A DNA stretch of 52,147 bases from Gammaproteobacteria bacterium (GTDB taxonomy: Bacteria; Pseudomonadota; Gammaproteobacteria; PS1; Pseudothioglobaceae), in assembly GCA_015659815.1 (NCBI GenBank), contig DQME01000184.1, forward strand, positions 1-52,147, given 5' to 3'. The number at the start of each line of letters is the position of its first letter. Positions within the stretch are counted from its first letter, which is position 1. Below are positions 9,814 through 20,119 of this stretch, one piece after another. The position numbers were made by a program, and so were the translations under genes. The notes beneath the pieces are model-generated. The model ran no database searches. It had not been told where the DNA came from and saw only the letters and a program-made list of their open reading frames with translations.

Positions 9814-10788
9814 ATGAATACTGAAAACATCCAATCTGTTTTAGTAAGAAACCCAGGAATTGAATTTAATCCTGATATATTTTCCGGGATAAAGATCAAT
9901 CGCAGTGCAGTAGAAAAGAGATGTTCAGATTATTCTGTACGAAGAAGCATAAAAAAACAAAAACAGGCTGCCTGGTTAATGAAGGTTATTAGTCTTATTG
10001 ATCTTACCACCCTTTCTGGTGACGACACTAACTCACGCGTAAGAAGGTTATGCAGAAAGGCCTTGAGCCCATTGAATGAAAGGCTAGTTGAAAGCCTGTC
10101 TATTGAATCGCTAAATTTAACAACAGCTGCTGTCTGTGTATATTATGATATGCTGAATGCAGCAAAGAAGGCTCTGAATGGCTGTGACATTAACTTAGCT
10201 GCAGTCTCTACAGGGTTCCCAGCTGGACTGTCTCCCCTGCCACTTAGAATTGAAGAGATTAAGTACTCAGTAGCAGCTGGTGCAAATGAGATTGATATAG
10301 TCATAAGTCGAAGGCATGTTTTACAAGGGAATTGGCAAAAACTATATGAGGAAGTTAGATCATTCAGAGAGGCTTGCGGTGAATCACATTTGAAAACAAT
10401 TTTAGCAACCGGAGAGATCGGCAATCTGAGTAATATAGCTAAGGCCTCACAAGTATGCATGATGGCTGGAGCTGACTTTATAAAGACCTCTACTGGAAAG
10501 GAACCTGTAAATGCAACTTTGCCTGTAAGCCTTGTTATGGCAAGAATGATTAGAGATTATTACGAACAAACAGGGTATATGGTTGGATTTAAACCTGCTG
10601 GAGGCGTTAGTGATAGCAAAACAGCTCTCCAATACATGGTTATGGTTAAAGAGGAGCTAGGAAGGAGATGGCTCGAGCCAGACCTGCTACGATTTGGGGC
10701 ATCTAGCCTGTTGTCTGATATTGAACGTCAGTTAGACCACTTTGCAAGCGGTTATTACTCAACATATTATCGCCACCCATTAGCGTAA
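9814..10788 (+). CDS. deoC: Deoxyribose-phosphate aldolase (long form)
   Basis: LIDLTTLSGDDT, and the Schiff-base lysine context DFIKTSTGK. 324 aa, closer in length to eukaryotic DERA than to E. coli DeoC. Confidence 0.85.
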   Translation: MNTENIQSVLVRNPGIEFNPDIFSGIKINRSAVEKRCSDYSVRRSIKKQKQAAWLMKVISLIDLTTLSGDDTNSRVRRLCRKALSPLNERLVESLSIESLNLTTAAVCVYYDMLNAAKKALNGCDINLAAVSTGFPAGLSPLPLRIEEIKYSVAAGANEIDIVISRRHVLQGNWQKLYEEVRSFREACGESHLKTILATGEIGNLSNIAKASQVCMMAGADFIKTSTGKEPVNATLPVSLVMARMIRDYYEQTGYMVGFKPAGGVSDSKTALQYMVMVKEELGRRWLEPDLLRFGASSLLSDIERQLDHFASGYYSTYYRHPLA

Positions 10789-10798
10789 GGAGGAACTC

Positions 10799-13165
10799 AT
10801 GACAATAATTGAATCTTTTAAAGAGTTAGATTACAGTCAATCAATGGAGTCAGACTCTTTAGCTTATGACTGGCTTAAAAAGTATGGAAATAGGTTTGGC
10901 CAATACATCGATGGAGAATTCACATCACAAGAAAAAGCTAAACTTATTGAAGTAATTAATCCTTCCGACTCAAGTTTATTAGCAAAAATTGAAATAGCTG
11001 ATAAAAAGCAAATAGATGTAGCCGTCAAGGCCGCTCTAAATTCCCAAACGAGCTGGTTTAACGTTGGAGGACACGAGAGGTCTAAGGTTTTATACGCGCT
11101 TGCACGCTCATTACAAAAGCACGCAAGATTGGCCTCTGTGCTGGAAACTCTCGATAATGGTAAGCCCATAAGAGAGAGCAGAGATGCCGACATACCTTTA
11201 GCTATTAGGCACTTTTATCATCATGCTGGTTGGGCGCAATTACAAGACACTGAGCTATCTGGCTATGCCCCTATAGGTGTTGCAGCTCAAATTATTCCTT
11301 GGAACTTCCCGTTATTAATGTTGGCATGGAAAATTGCACCTGCCCTGGCTATGGGCAACTCGATAATATTGAAGCCAGCAGAACAGACTCCTCTCACTGC
11401 TATGCTATTTGCACACCTGTGTCACGATGCAGGAGTTCCAAAAGGTGTTGTGAATATTGTAAATGGCGCTGGTGATACTGGGGCTTATCTCGCAGCTCAC
11501 CCGAAAGTGAACAAGGTTGCCTTCACTGGCTCAACTTCGGTTGGGCGTGAGATTAGAAAATCCACCGCAGGACAAGGAAAAAAGTTAACCCTTGAGTTAG
11601 GTGGAAAGTCTGCATTTTTAGTTTTTGATGATGCAGACCTTGACTCGGCTGTTGAAGGCCTTGTTGATTCTATTTGGTTCAATCAGGGTGAAGTTTGTTG
11701 CGCAGGATCCAGACTACTAGTGCAAGCATCTGTAGAAGACAAGCTTCATAAGAAAATAAAACAAAGAATGAAAAAACTACGCTCAGGACAACCTCTCGAT
11801 AAGTCTATTGATGTTGGTAGTTTGGTCAGTAGGTCGCAATATGAACAGGTCGACAGTCTTGTAAAGAATGGCCTGGACAAAGGTGGGAATATCTATCAGC
11901 CCAGCAAGTCTCGTCCTGAAAATAACTACTACCCACCAACACTGATAACTGATATTGAGTCAAGCCACCCATTGGCTCAGGAAGAAATATTCGGGCCAGT
12001 ACTTATATCAATGAGTTTCAGAACTCAGAGGGAAGCAATTGAATTGGCAAACAATACAAGGTACGGACTTACGGCTAGCGTTTGGAGTGAAAATATCAAT
12101 AGAGCGATGGATGTCGCCCCAAAACTTAAGTCAGGAGTAGTGTGGATAAACAGCCACAACAGGTTTGATGCGTCATGTGGGTTTGGCGGCGTAAAGGAGT
12201 CCGGATTTGGTAGAGAGGGTGGCAAAGAGGGTCTTTATGAATACTTAAAACTAAAAGACCCTATTATAATTAAAAAAAATAAAGCAACCAAACCTATAAA
12301 GAAAGATCCAAAAAACAGTTCTATAGACCGCACTCTGAAGTTCTATATTGGTGGCAAACAGGTTAGGCCAGACGGTGGATACAGTATGGCTACATATAAC
12401 GCTGACTCTAGTTTAGCTGCATGGATTGGAGCAGGAAATCGTAAGGACATAAGGAACGCAGTTGACGCTGCATGTAAAGCTAAAGGGTGGAGTTCTAGTA
12501 CTGCTCACATACGAGCTCAAATAATCTACTACCTAGCCGAAAACCTTTCTACACGAATGGATGAATGGATAGAGCGACTACAGGTGTCTTGCGGCATTGA
12601 CTGCAAATCGTCGTTAAATGAATTTAATGCTAGTATTAGTAGGCTATTCAGTTACGCCGCTTGGGCCGACAAGTTTGATGGTTTGGCACATAATGCTCCT
12701 TATCGTGGCGTAACTATAGCTTTACCAGAGGCTGTTGGCGTAATAGCACAGATTGCACCAGAATCACAGCCACTTCTAAGCTCTATTTCTTTAATTGCTC
12801 CAGCAATCGCCATGGGCAACTGCGTAGTTTTTATTCCTGACGAAAGTAATGCAAATATAGCTTTAGAATTAATTCAGGTCCTAGAAACATCTGACATTCC
12901 TCCTGGGGTAATAAATATAGTAAGCGGTGACAAGTTGTCACTCTCTGAACAGCTGGCTGGTCACGCTGAGGTTGATTCAGTATGGTGTTGGGCAGACAAC
13001 TCCACTATTAGTGTTGTTGAATCAACCAGTGTTGAAAATTTAAAGAGGACATGGTGTCATCAAAACAATGACAGAGATTGGACAGTACTAAGACACGAAG
13101 AAGATCAAGAATTCTTACGCCAAGCAACAGAAATAAAAAATATATGGACTCCTTATGGTGATTAA
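10799..13165 (+). CDS. Aldehyde dehydrogenase fused to a C-terminal truncated, apparently non-catalytic ALDH-like half-domain
   Basis: AAGGAGG lies 5 nt upstream of the ATG. Residues 1 to about 490 form a complete ALDH (PWNFPL, ELGGKSA, GEVCCAGSR). After a Lys-rich linker, residues from about 500 to 788 repeat only the cofactor-binding half (IAPAIAMGNCVVFIPDE, GVINIVSGD) and lack the catalytic Cys and Glu motifs. Confidence 0.8.
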   Translation: MTIIESFKELDYSQSMESDSLAYDWLKKYGNRFGQYIDGEFTSQEKAKLIEVINPSDSSLLAKIEIADKKQIDVAVKAALNSQTSWFNVGGHERSKVLYALARSLQKHARLASVLETLDNGKPIRESRDADIPLAIRHFYHHAGWAQLQDTELSGYAPIGVAAQIIPWNFPLLMLAWKIAPALAMGNSIILKPAEQTPLTAMLFAHLCHDAGVPKGVVNIVNGAGDTGAYLAAHPKVNKVAFTGSTSVGREIRKSTAGQGKKLTLELGGKSAFLVFDDADLDSAVEGLVDSIWFNQGEVCCAGSRLLVQASVEDKLHKKIKQRMKKLRSGQPLDKSIDVGSLVSRSQYEQVDSLVKNGLDKGGNIYQPSKSRPENNYYPPTLITDIESSHPLAQEEIFGPVLISMSFRTQREAIELANNTRYGLTASVWSENINRAMDVAPKLKSGVVWINSHNRFDASCGFGGVKESGFGREGGKEGLYEYLKLKDPIIIKKNKATKPIKKDPKNSSIDRTLKFYIGGKQVRPDGGYSMATYNADSSLAAWIGAGNRKDIRNAVDAACKAKGWSSSTAHIRAQIIYYLAENLSTRMDEWIERLQVSCGIDCKSSLNEFNASISRLFSYAAWADKFDGLAHNAPYRGVTIALPEAVGVIAQIAPESQPLLSSISLIAPAIAMGNCVVFIPDESNANIALELIQVLETSDIPPGVINIVSGDKLSLSEQLAGHAEVDSVWCWADNSTISVVESTSVENLKRTWCHQNNDRDWTVLRHEEDQEFLRQATEIKNIWTPYGD

Positions 13166-14495
13166 TAAGAGAACCAATTTTTTGCCACAAGAGATTATAA
13201 GAAAAAAGCGTGATGGAGAATCATTAACTGATTCTGAGATTAGTTTTTTAGTTTCCGGTATAACCGACCATACTCTTACAGATGCTCAGCTTGGAGCGTT
13301 CGCAATGGCTGTATTTCATAACGATATGAGTATGGAAGAAAGGGTAAGCCTGACTCTACATATGATGAATTCTGGTAAAGTTATGGAATGGAACGATCTG
13401 AACTTGAACGGCCCAATTGTAGACAAGCACTCTACTGGAGGTGTAGGGGACAAGGTTAGCCTGATACTTGCACCTATAGTTGCATCTTGTGGTGCTTACG
13501 TGCCAATGATATCTGGAAGAGGCTTAGGCCATACTGGCGGTACACTTGATAAATTATGCAGTATACCTGGGTACAATCCCGCACCAAGTGAAAAGAAATT
13601 CAAAAACGTTGTTAAAAAGGTTGGATGTGCGATTATAGGACAGACATCTGAACTTGCGCCTGCAGATCAAAGGTTCTATGCCACTAGAGACGTAACAGCG
13701 ACAGTTGAATCAATAAGCCTGATAACTTCATCGATCCTTTCAAAAAAGCTTGCTTCTGGTTTAGATGCTCTTGTCATGGACGTAAAAACTGGAAACGGCG
13801 CATTCGCCAAAGAATATAACATGGCTAAAGAGTTAGCTAACAGTATATCCAACGTAGCAGCAAGTTCTGGAGTGCCGACCAGGTGCCTAATAACTGACAT
13901 GAATCAGGTACTAGGTGGCAGTGTTGGTAACGCTGTAGAAGTAGTAGAATGTATAGAGGCCCTAACTAATCCATCTGATGCAAACAAGCGTCTGATAGAT
14001 ATCACTACTGAACTTGCGGCACAAATGATTCAATTAAGTGGTGTAGAAGAAGACATTGAACAAGCAACCAAAAAGGTATCCGACTCACTTCACAGTGGCG
14101 CTGCTGCTGAAACATTTTCCCGTATGATAAGCGAGTTAGGAGGCCCAAAAGATTTACTTCAAAATACAAAAAAATATCTGCCCAGTATGGAAATTATTCG
14201 TCCAATAAACTCTATTAATTCTGGATATGTGTATAGCACTAATGTTAGAAATATTGGTATGAGTATGGTCACTCTAAAGGCTGGCAGAACACGTGCATCT
14301 GACAGCATTGATTATGGAGTTGGTTTGACTAGTATTTTAGAAAAAGGACAATGGGTGGAGAGCGGGCAAGCTCTTGCTTATGCGCATGTACACACAAATG
14401 ACGATTTTAATACTATGAAGGATGAGCTAATAAAGTCAGTTATAGTTTCTGACAAATCTCCTGATACAGAGCCATTGATATATGAAACAATATAA
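13155..14495 (+). CDS. deoA: Thymidine phosphorylase
   Basis: QEIIRKKRDG, DKHSTGGVGDK and SGRGLGHTGGTLDK. The start overlaps the ALDH 3' end by 11 nt. Confidence 0.92.
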   Translation: MVINKRTNFLPQEIIRKKRDGESLTDSEISFLVSGITDHTLTDAQLGAFAMAVFHNDMSMEERVSLTLHMMNSGKVMEWNDLNLNGPIVDKHSTGGVGDKVSLILAPIVASCGAYVPMISGRGLGHTGGTLDKLCSIPGYNPAPSEKKFKNVVKKVGCAIIGQTSELAPADQRFYATRDVTATVESISLITSSILSKKLASGLDALVMDVKTGNGAFAKEYNMAKELANSISNVAASSGVPTRCLITDMNQVLGGSVGNAVEVVECIEALTNPSDANKRLIDITTELAAQMIQLSGVEEDIEQATKKVSDSLHSGAAAETFSRMISELGGPKDLLQNTKKYLPSMEIIRPINSINSGYVYSTNVRNIGMSMVTLKAGRTRASDSIDYGVGLTSILEKGQWVESGQALAYAHVHTNDDFNTMKDELIKSVIVSDKSPDTEPLIYETI

Positions 14496-14512
14496 TAAGA
14501 TTAAGATTACAT

Positions 14513-15736
14513 ATGAATAGAGCAATAATTTTGGTTTTAGACTCTTTAGGGGTTGGCGCAAGTGCTGACTCGTATAAGTATGGTGACGACGGTTCTGACA
14601 CTTTGGGACATATAGCTGAATACTGTGAATCAGGCAAAGCTGACAGTGTTTTTAGGCAAGGAATGCTCAATATCCCTAACCTACAGCGATGGGGTCTTGT
14701 TGCCGCAGCAAACAACAGTAGAGGGGTTTCTATGCCTTTGAAACAACACATAAACCCTAAAGGTGCGTACGGTTATGCGCGTGAAGTTAGTATTGGGAAA
14801 GACACTCCCAGTGGCCACTGGGAGATATGTGGACTGCCTGTTTCTTTTCAGTGGGGATTGTTTCCAGATAAAGAAAACTGCTTCCCGAGAGACCTTATAC
14901 AAGAACTAATTGTGAAAGGTAAAATTAACGGAACCATCGCAAACAAGCATGCTTCTGGAACTGAAGTAATAAATGAATTTGGTGAAGAGCATATAAAATC
15001 CGGGAAGCCAATATGCTACACTTCTGCTGACTCAGTTTTTCAAATTGCAGCCCATGAGACGCATTTTGGTTTAGATAGACTTTATAAACTTTGCGAAATT
15101 GCTAAAAAGTTAGTTGACCCTCTTAATGTAGCTCGAGTAATTGCAAGACCTTTTGTCGGTGAAAATCCAACTAACTTTGAGCGTACTGCAAATCGACGCG
15201 ACTTGACCACTCCACCAATAGGTCTAACCTTGCTTGACCATATTGTAAACTCAAAGGGAAATGTGGTTTCTATCGGGAAAATAAGTGATATTTTTGCCCA
15301 TCAAGGGATAACACACAGTGTCAAGGGTGAATCTAACATGGTTCTAATTGATAAACTAATAGAGCAAATGAAAAAAACAAAAGAAGGTTTACTATTTGTT
15401 AACCTTGTTGATTTTGATAGCAAATTCGGGCACAGAAGAGATGTGCCTGGTTACGCTTATGCTCTAGAGCAGTTAGACTCAAGAATTCTAGAAATTGAAT
15501 CTCACTTGGAAGACAATGACTTGGTGCTCGTTACAGCAGATCACGGTTGTGACCCAACAAGCCCTGGCAGCAACCACACTAGAGAGCATGTTCCTGTAGT
15601 TTTTTTTAGTAAACATATAAAACAAATGGACCTGGGGGAAAGGGAAAGCTTTGCAGACATGGGGCAAACCATAGCTGTTCACCTGGAAGTAGAAAGCTTA
15701 TCGCACGGAAAATCCTGTAATCTACAATACTATTAA
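14513..15736 (+). CDS. deoB: Phosphopentomutase
   Basis: ILVLDSLGVG and TADHGCDPT metal-site motifs. 407 aa. Confidence 0.92.
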   Translation: MNRAIILVLDSLGVGASADSYKYGDDGSDTLGHIAEYCESGKADSVFRQGMLNIPNLQRWGLVAAANNSRGVSMPLKQHINPKGAYGYAREVSIGKDTPSGHWEICGLPVSFQWGLFPDKENCFPRDLIQELIVKGKINGTIANKHASGTEVINEFGEEHIKSGKPICYTSADSVFQIAAHETHFGLDRLYKLCEIAKKLVDPLNVARVIARPFVGENPTNFERTANRRDLTTPPIGLTLLDHIVNSKGNVVSIGKISDIFAHQGITHSVKGESNMVLIDKLIEQMKKTKEGLLFVNLVDFDSKFGHRRDVPGYAYALEQLDSRILEIESHLEDNDLVLVTADHGCDPTSPGSNHTREHVPVVFFSKHIKQMDLGERESFADMGQTIAVHLEVESLSHGKSCNLQYY

Positions 15737-15746
15737 CAATACTTCA

Positions 15747-16736
15747 ATGAACAAAAAAATACAAGATATACCAAAAGTGGAACTTCATAGTCATTTGGAA
15801 GGAACAATCCCACCAGTGCTAGTTAGAAAAATAGCCAAACGCAATAAAATAAAACTAAAGGATGATCTTTTTACTGCTAAAGATTCATTCGCATGGAGTG
15901 ACTTTGTGGCCTTTTTAAAGGCCTACGATGAGGCAAGTTTCTGTTTACGTAAGTCTATTGATTATGAAGATATAACGTATGAATACTATAAATCATGTGC
16001 TATCGAGGGCACTATATATGCTGAAACATTCATCTCTCCTGATCATGCAGACGCGGTCGGAATAAACTACAAAGAAATGATAAATGGTTGTGCTCGCGGG
16101 ATTGACAGAGTAGAAAAAGAATTTGACTTTATAGGAAGACTAATTGTAAGCTGCGTTAGGCATCTTGGACCTGATCAGGCTGTAAAAGTAGCTCGATTAA
16201 TGGTGGACAATCCCCACCCTTATGTTGTGGGCTTTGGGATGGGTGGAAATGAGTCTATGTATACGATGTCTGACTTTGCTCCTGCTTACAACATAGTTTC
16301 TGAAGCTGGCTACCCATGCACAGTACATGCAGGAGAGGTTTGTGGTCCAGAAAGCGTTTGGGATGCAATTAATAGCCTTCCTATTAGTCGTATAGGTCAT
16401 GGTGTTAGGAGTGTAGAAGACGATAAATTATTGGTCGAGTTGTTCAAGCGAAATATAGCTCTTGAGGTATGCCCTGGAAGCAACTTAGCTCTAAATGTTT
16501 ATCCTGACTGGGAAAGTCACCCCCTAAAACATATCCTTGAGTCGGGGATAAGTGTCAGTTTAAATTCTGATGATCCGCCATTTTTTAACACTAGCGTTGG
16601 AAAAGAATACCAAAACGCTGCAAGCTTTTTTGATCTTAGTGCTGAAAAGTTATATGAAATCTCGGCTATGGCTATTGAGGCTTCTTTTGTAGACGATCAG
16701 ACTAAAGATAAACTCATAGCAAAAATTACAGGTTAA
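15747..16736 (+). CDS. add: Adenosine deaminase
   Basis: VELHSHLEG, VHAGE and SLNSDDPPFF motifs. 329 aa. Confidence 0.9.
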   Translation: MNKKIQDIPKVELHSHLEGTIPPVLVRKIAKRNKIKLKDDLFTAKDSFAWSDFVAFLKAYDEASFCLRKSIDYEDITYEYYKSCAIEGTIYAETFISPDHADAVGINYKEMINGCARGIDRVEKEFDFIGRLIVSCVRHLGPDQAVKVARLMVDNPHPYVVGFGMGGNESMYTMSDFAPAYNIVSEAGYPCTVHAGEVCGPESVWDAINSLPISRIGHGVRSVEDDKLLVELFKRNIALEVCPGSNLALNVYPDWESHPLKHILESGISVSLNSDDPPFFNTSVGKEYQNAASFFDLSAEKLYEISAMAIEASFVDDQTKDKLIAKITG

Positions 16737-17152
16737 TGATGTTTTGATTTTTTTGATATCACCTTTACCTGGAACGAAACATCGCACCCCGCCAATGGGT
16801 GATTAAAGTTAACTGTTATTTCTTCTCCAGATATCTTATCAATACAACCAACATATGAGTCTCCTGTAGGGGTTTTAAACTCAACAGCAGCATTCAATTC
16901 AACCAACATTTCTGTAGGAAACTCTGACCTATCCATAACTTGAATTGCTTCATCATATACAGGCCCAAAAGCTTCATCAGAAGTTAAAAGAAACGTTTGT
17001 AGCTTTCCTACCTTTGCCTGTTCAACACAAGATTCAAGACAACTATCTAGCTGCCCATCTCCAACCTTAAAATTTAAGGGTTCATTCTCGGACTCGTCGA
17101 CAAGTGCGCCATTAGCATGAGAAAGCTTATACATAATTTGATATTCAGCCAT
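16733..17152 (-). CDS. FKBP-type peptidyl-prolyl cis-trans isomerase (SlyD/FkpB-like)
   Basis: 139 aa. FKBP core with an insert-in-flap segment and NFNHPLAGCDVSF. Its 3' end overlaps the add 3' end by 4 nt (convergent). Confidence 0.8.
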   Translation of the reverse strand: MAEYQIMYKLSHANGALVDESENEPLNFKVGDGQLDSCLESCVEQAKVGKLQTFLLTSDEAFGPVYDEAIQVMDRSEFPTEMLVELNAAVEFKTPTGDSYVGCIDKISGEEITVNFNHPLAGCDVSFQVKVISKKSKHH

Positions 17153-17194
17153 ATTAATTGATGATAACTATAATTAATATGTATTAAGACTCAA

Positions 17195-18037
17195 TCAGTT
17201 GGAGCAAAGTGCGCTTAATATTTTATGTACTTTGTTAGTCAATTCTGACCTATGAACTATCATGTCAATTGCTCCCTTCTCAAGCAAGAATTCACTTCTC
17301 TGGAACCCTTCTGGTAGCTCTTCGCCCACAGTCTGTTCAACAACTCTTGGACCAGCAAAACCAATGAGCGCGTTGGGTTCTGCTATATGTATATCTCCAA
17401 GCATTGCAAAGCTTGCAGAAACACCTCCCATAGTTGGATCTGTAAGTATAGACACGAAAGGTATTTTATTGTCCGCCAATAGCTTAACAGCTAAAGAAGT
17501 TTTGGCCATCTGCATTAACGAGAACAGCCCCTCCTGCATACGCGCGCCACCTGAAGCTGAAAAACAAATCAATGGTGCCTTCGTTTTAATACTTTCTTGT
17601 GTAGCACGGACAAACTTTTCGCCCACAACTGATCCCATAGAGCCGCCCATAAATCTAAACTCAAATGCCGCAACGACAACTTTCATTCCATTTATTGTGC
17701 CTTTTTTTACTATTAATGCCTCCTTTTCATTTGTAGTTTTTTGTGCAGCGCTATATCTATCCTTGTATCTTTTCTGGTCCTTAAATTTAAGAGGGTCTGC
17801 TGCCTCAAGGTCTTTTGCTATTTCCACCCTTCCTTTAGGGTCTAGGAAGCTGTTTATGCGATCTCTTGCAGAAATTCGCATATGGTAATCGCACTGTGGG
17901 CAAACATAAAAGCGCTGCTTAAGTTCCTCTTCATACAGGGTTGTTTCGCATTTGGGGCATTTGCTCCATAAACCCTCAGGAATATTTTTCTTAACTACAC
18001 TTGTAATTGATGGAAGTATTTTTTCTAGCCAGCTCAT
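17195..18037 (-). CDS. accD: Acetyl-CoA carboxylase carboxyltransferase beta subunit
   Basis: N-terminal zinc ribbon CPKC...CPQC, plus [11 protein letters not shown] and SGGARMQEG motifs. Confidence 0.93.
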   Translation of the reverse strand: MSWLEKILPSITSVVKKNIPEGLWSKCPKCETTLYEEELKQRFYVCPQCDYHMRISARDRINSFLDPKGRVEIAKDLEAADPLKFKDQKRYKDRYSAAQKTTNEKEALIVKKGTINGMKVVVAAFEFRFMGGSMGSVVGEKFVRATQESIKTKAPLICFSASGGARMQEGLFSLMQMAKTSLAVKLLADNKIPFVSILTDPTMGGVSASFAMLGDIHIAEPNALIGFAGPRVVEQTVGEELPEGFQRSEFLLEKGAIDMIVHRSELTNKVHKILSALCSN

Positions 18038-18059
18038 GGTTATCTCTCCACACTATATA

Positions 18060-18860
18060 TTAATTTATAGAACTCGAAATTTCTTTAGCAAATTTAGAAA
18101 CAGCATTAATCATTTTGTCTTTGTGTTTTGCATGCTTCTCAATAAACGACACAATTGACGAGCCTACTATAACTGCGTCTGCTGTTTTAGATACAGCCTT
18201 GGCTGTGTCTGTGTCCTTGATTCCAAAACCTACCCCTAATGGCAGGTCTATGTATTTTCTAATTCTTTCTAAGTGCTCATTGACAGAATTTATCTCTAAA
18301 TTTCCTGCACCAGTTACACCCTTTAATGAAACAAAATAAACAAAACCTGAGGCTATCTTAGAGAGCAATTTTAGTCTGTAATCAGTAGTCGTTGGAGCAA
18401 CAAGGAAAATAAAATCAATCCCGACTATATTTAGAAGATGTTTAAGGTCGTGTGCCTCTTCTGGAGGCATATCGACCACCAGGACACCGTCAACGCCGGC
18501 TTGAGAAGCCTGATTTGCGAAATCCTCATATCCAAAAACCTCTATTGGATTTAAGTACCCCATAAGAACAATGGGTGTGTATGTGTTTGACTTTCTAAAT
18601 CTTCTTACGAGGCCCAGTACGTCTCTCAAGCTTATGCCATCAGCTACTGCCCTTTCGTGCGACTTAGCAATAACTGGACCGTCAGCCATTGGATCTGAAA
18701 ATGGCACACCCAGCTCAATAATGTTTGCTCCATTATTAACTAGAGACTGCATTAACTCAAAGGTATTTTCAATACCACTATCGCCGGCAGTAATGAAAGG
18801 AATAAAAGCCTTACGATTATCCTGCTTTAGGGATGAAAAAACTTTATTCAAACGAGACAT
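18060..18860 (-). CDS. trpA: Tryptophan synthase alpha chain
   Basis: IPFITAGD and ELGVPFSDPMADGPVI. 266 aa. Confidence 0.93.
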   Translation of the reverse strand: MSRLNKVFSSLKQDNRKAFIPFITAGDSGIENTFELMQSLVNNGANIIELGVPFSDPMADGPVIAKSHERAVADGISLRDVLGLVRRFRKSNTYTPIVLMGYLNPIEVFGYEDFANQASQAGVDGVLVVDMPPEEAHDLKHLLNIVGIDFIFLVAPTTTDYRLKLLSKIASGFVYFVSLKGVTGAGNLEINSVNEHLERIRKYIDLPLGVGFGIKDTDTAKAVSKTADAVIVGSSIVSFIEKHAKHKDKMINAVSKFAKEISSSIN

Positions 18861-18903
18861 AATAATAAATTAAAAGTAATCTAATTAGTGAAATTTTATC
18901 ACA

Positions 18904-19950
18904 CTATTTATTCGTACTAAACTCATGAACACTATCAACCAGTGTCTTCATTCTTTCTGGATTTACATCGGGAGAGATTCCGTGACCTAGATTAAATATG
19001 TGCCCGGTATCTCCATTGAATTGCGCAAGTAGGGCTTTTACTTCCTCTCTAATCTTTTCGTCTGTTGCATATAATACGCAAGGGTCAAGGTTTCCTTGTA
19101 GAGCAACCTTCTCTCCTACCCTTGACTGCGCATCGCCCAACTCTACAGTCCAATCTAAACCAATGCCGTCACAGCCGCTTGCAGCTATTTGTTCTAGCCA
19201 CATGCCTCCGCCCTTTGTAAATAAAGTTACGGGTATGATCTTGCCTTCGTGTTTACGTTTAATGCCGTTCACAATTTTAGTCATATATCTTAAAGAAAAC
19301 TCTTCGTAACTTTTTTTACTTAGTAACCCACCCCAAGTATCAAAAACCATAACAGAATCAGCCCCTGCAGCAATTTGACCGTTAAGGTAATCTATAATAG
19401 TGTCGGCTAACTTATCTAAAAGTTGGTGCATATGCTTTGGGTTTTCGTACATCAACCCCTTAACTTTTGAAAAGCTCTTGCTAGACCCGCCCTCTACCAT
19501 ATAGGTTGATAATGTCCAAGGGCTCCCTGTAAATCCAATCAGAGGGACTCTTCCGTTTAATGATTTCTTTATAACTGAAACAGCGTCTGTAACATATGCC
19601 AGCTTCGAGCCAACATCAGGCCTTGAAAGGGACTCTATATCGGCTAGCCTTGTAATAGGTTTAGAAAACTTTGGGCCCTCACCCTCAGTAAAGTATAGCC
19701 CTAAATCCATTGCATCAGGTATGGTCAATATATCAGAAAATAAAATAGCTGCATCCAAGTCAAACCTGTCTATCGGCTGCATTGTTACTTCACATGCCAA
19801 ATCTGGTGACTTACATAGACTTAGGAAGTCTCCAGCTTTTTTTCTGGTAGCCCTATACTCGGGAAGGTATCGTCCTGCCTGTCTCATTACCCAAACAGGC
19901 GTCCTAGAAACTGGCTTCTTTAAAAGTGCGTTGATATAGTCAAACGACAT
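18904..19950 (-). CDS. hemE: Uroporphyrinogen decarboxylase
   Basis: [15 protein letters not shown] and full-length colinearity. 348 aa. Confidence 0.95.
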   Translation of the reverse strand: MSFDYINALLKKPVSRTPVWVMRQAGRYLPEYRATRKKAGDFLSLCKSPDLACEVTMQPIDRFDLDAAILFSDILTIPDAMDLGLYFTEGEGPKFSKPITRLADIESLSRPDVGSKLAYVTDAVSVIKKSLNGRVPLIGFTGSPWTLSTYMVEGGSSKSFSKVKGLMYENPKHMHQLLDKLADTIIDYLNGQIAAGADSVMVFDTWGGLLSKKSYEEFSLRYMTKIVNGIKRKHEGKIIPVTLFTKGGGMWLEQIAASGCDGIGLDWTVELGDAQSRVGEKVALQGNLDPCVLYATDEKIREEVKALLAQFNGDTGHIFNLGHGISPDVNPERMKTLVDSVHEFSTNK

Positions 19951-20075
19951 AATGTTATAGTTAATAATGATTAAATGATTATATAGGCAATTATTTAGTT
20001 AGCTAATATTTAATGTTTGTACAAAACCAAAAGTACAGATTCTCGCTTCAATGTTAATTTTTATTAGGTGGGTAT

Positions 20076-20103
20076 AAAAAAAGCCACATAAGTGGCTTTT
20101 TCC
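20076..20103 (-). terminator. Rho-independent terminator of rpmE
   Basis: AAGCCAC (20081-20087) pairs with GTGGCTT (20092-20098) around a 4-nt loop. It is flanked by an A-run and a T-run, so the minus-strand RNA ends in U-rich sequence. It lies about 22 nt past the rpmE stop. Confidence 0.7.
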
Positions 20104-20119
20104 ATTTTTGTCAATAACT

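Noticed and set aside
17262-17888. 208-aa ORF antisense to accD, and similar long antisense ORFs at 45204-45767, 8352-8759, 4537-4932 and 20870-21295
   Set aside because: Each lies entirely inside a confidently identified gene on the other strand and translates to low-complexity sequence. These are typical shadow ORFs.
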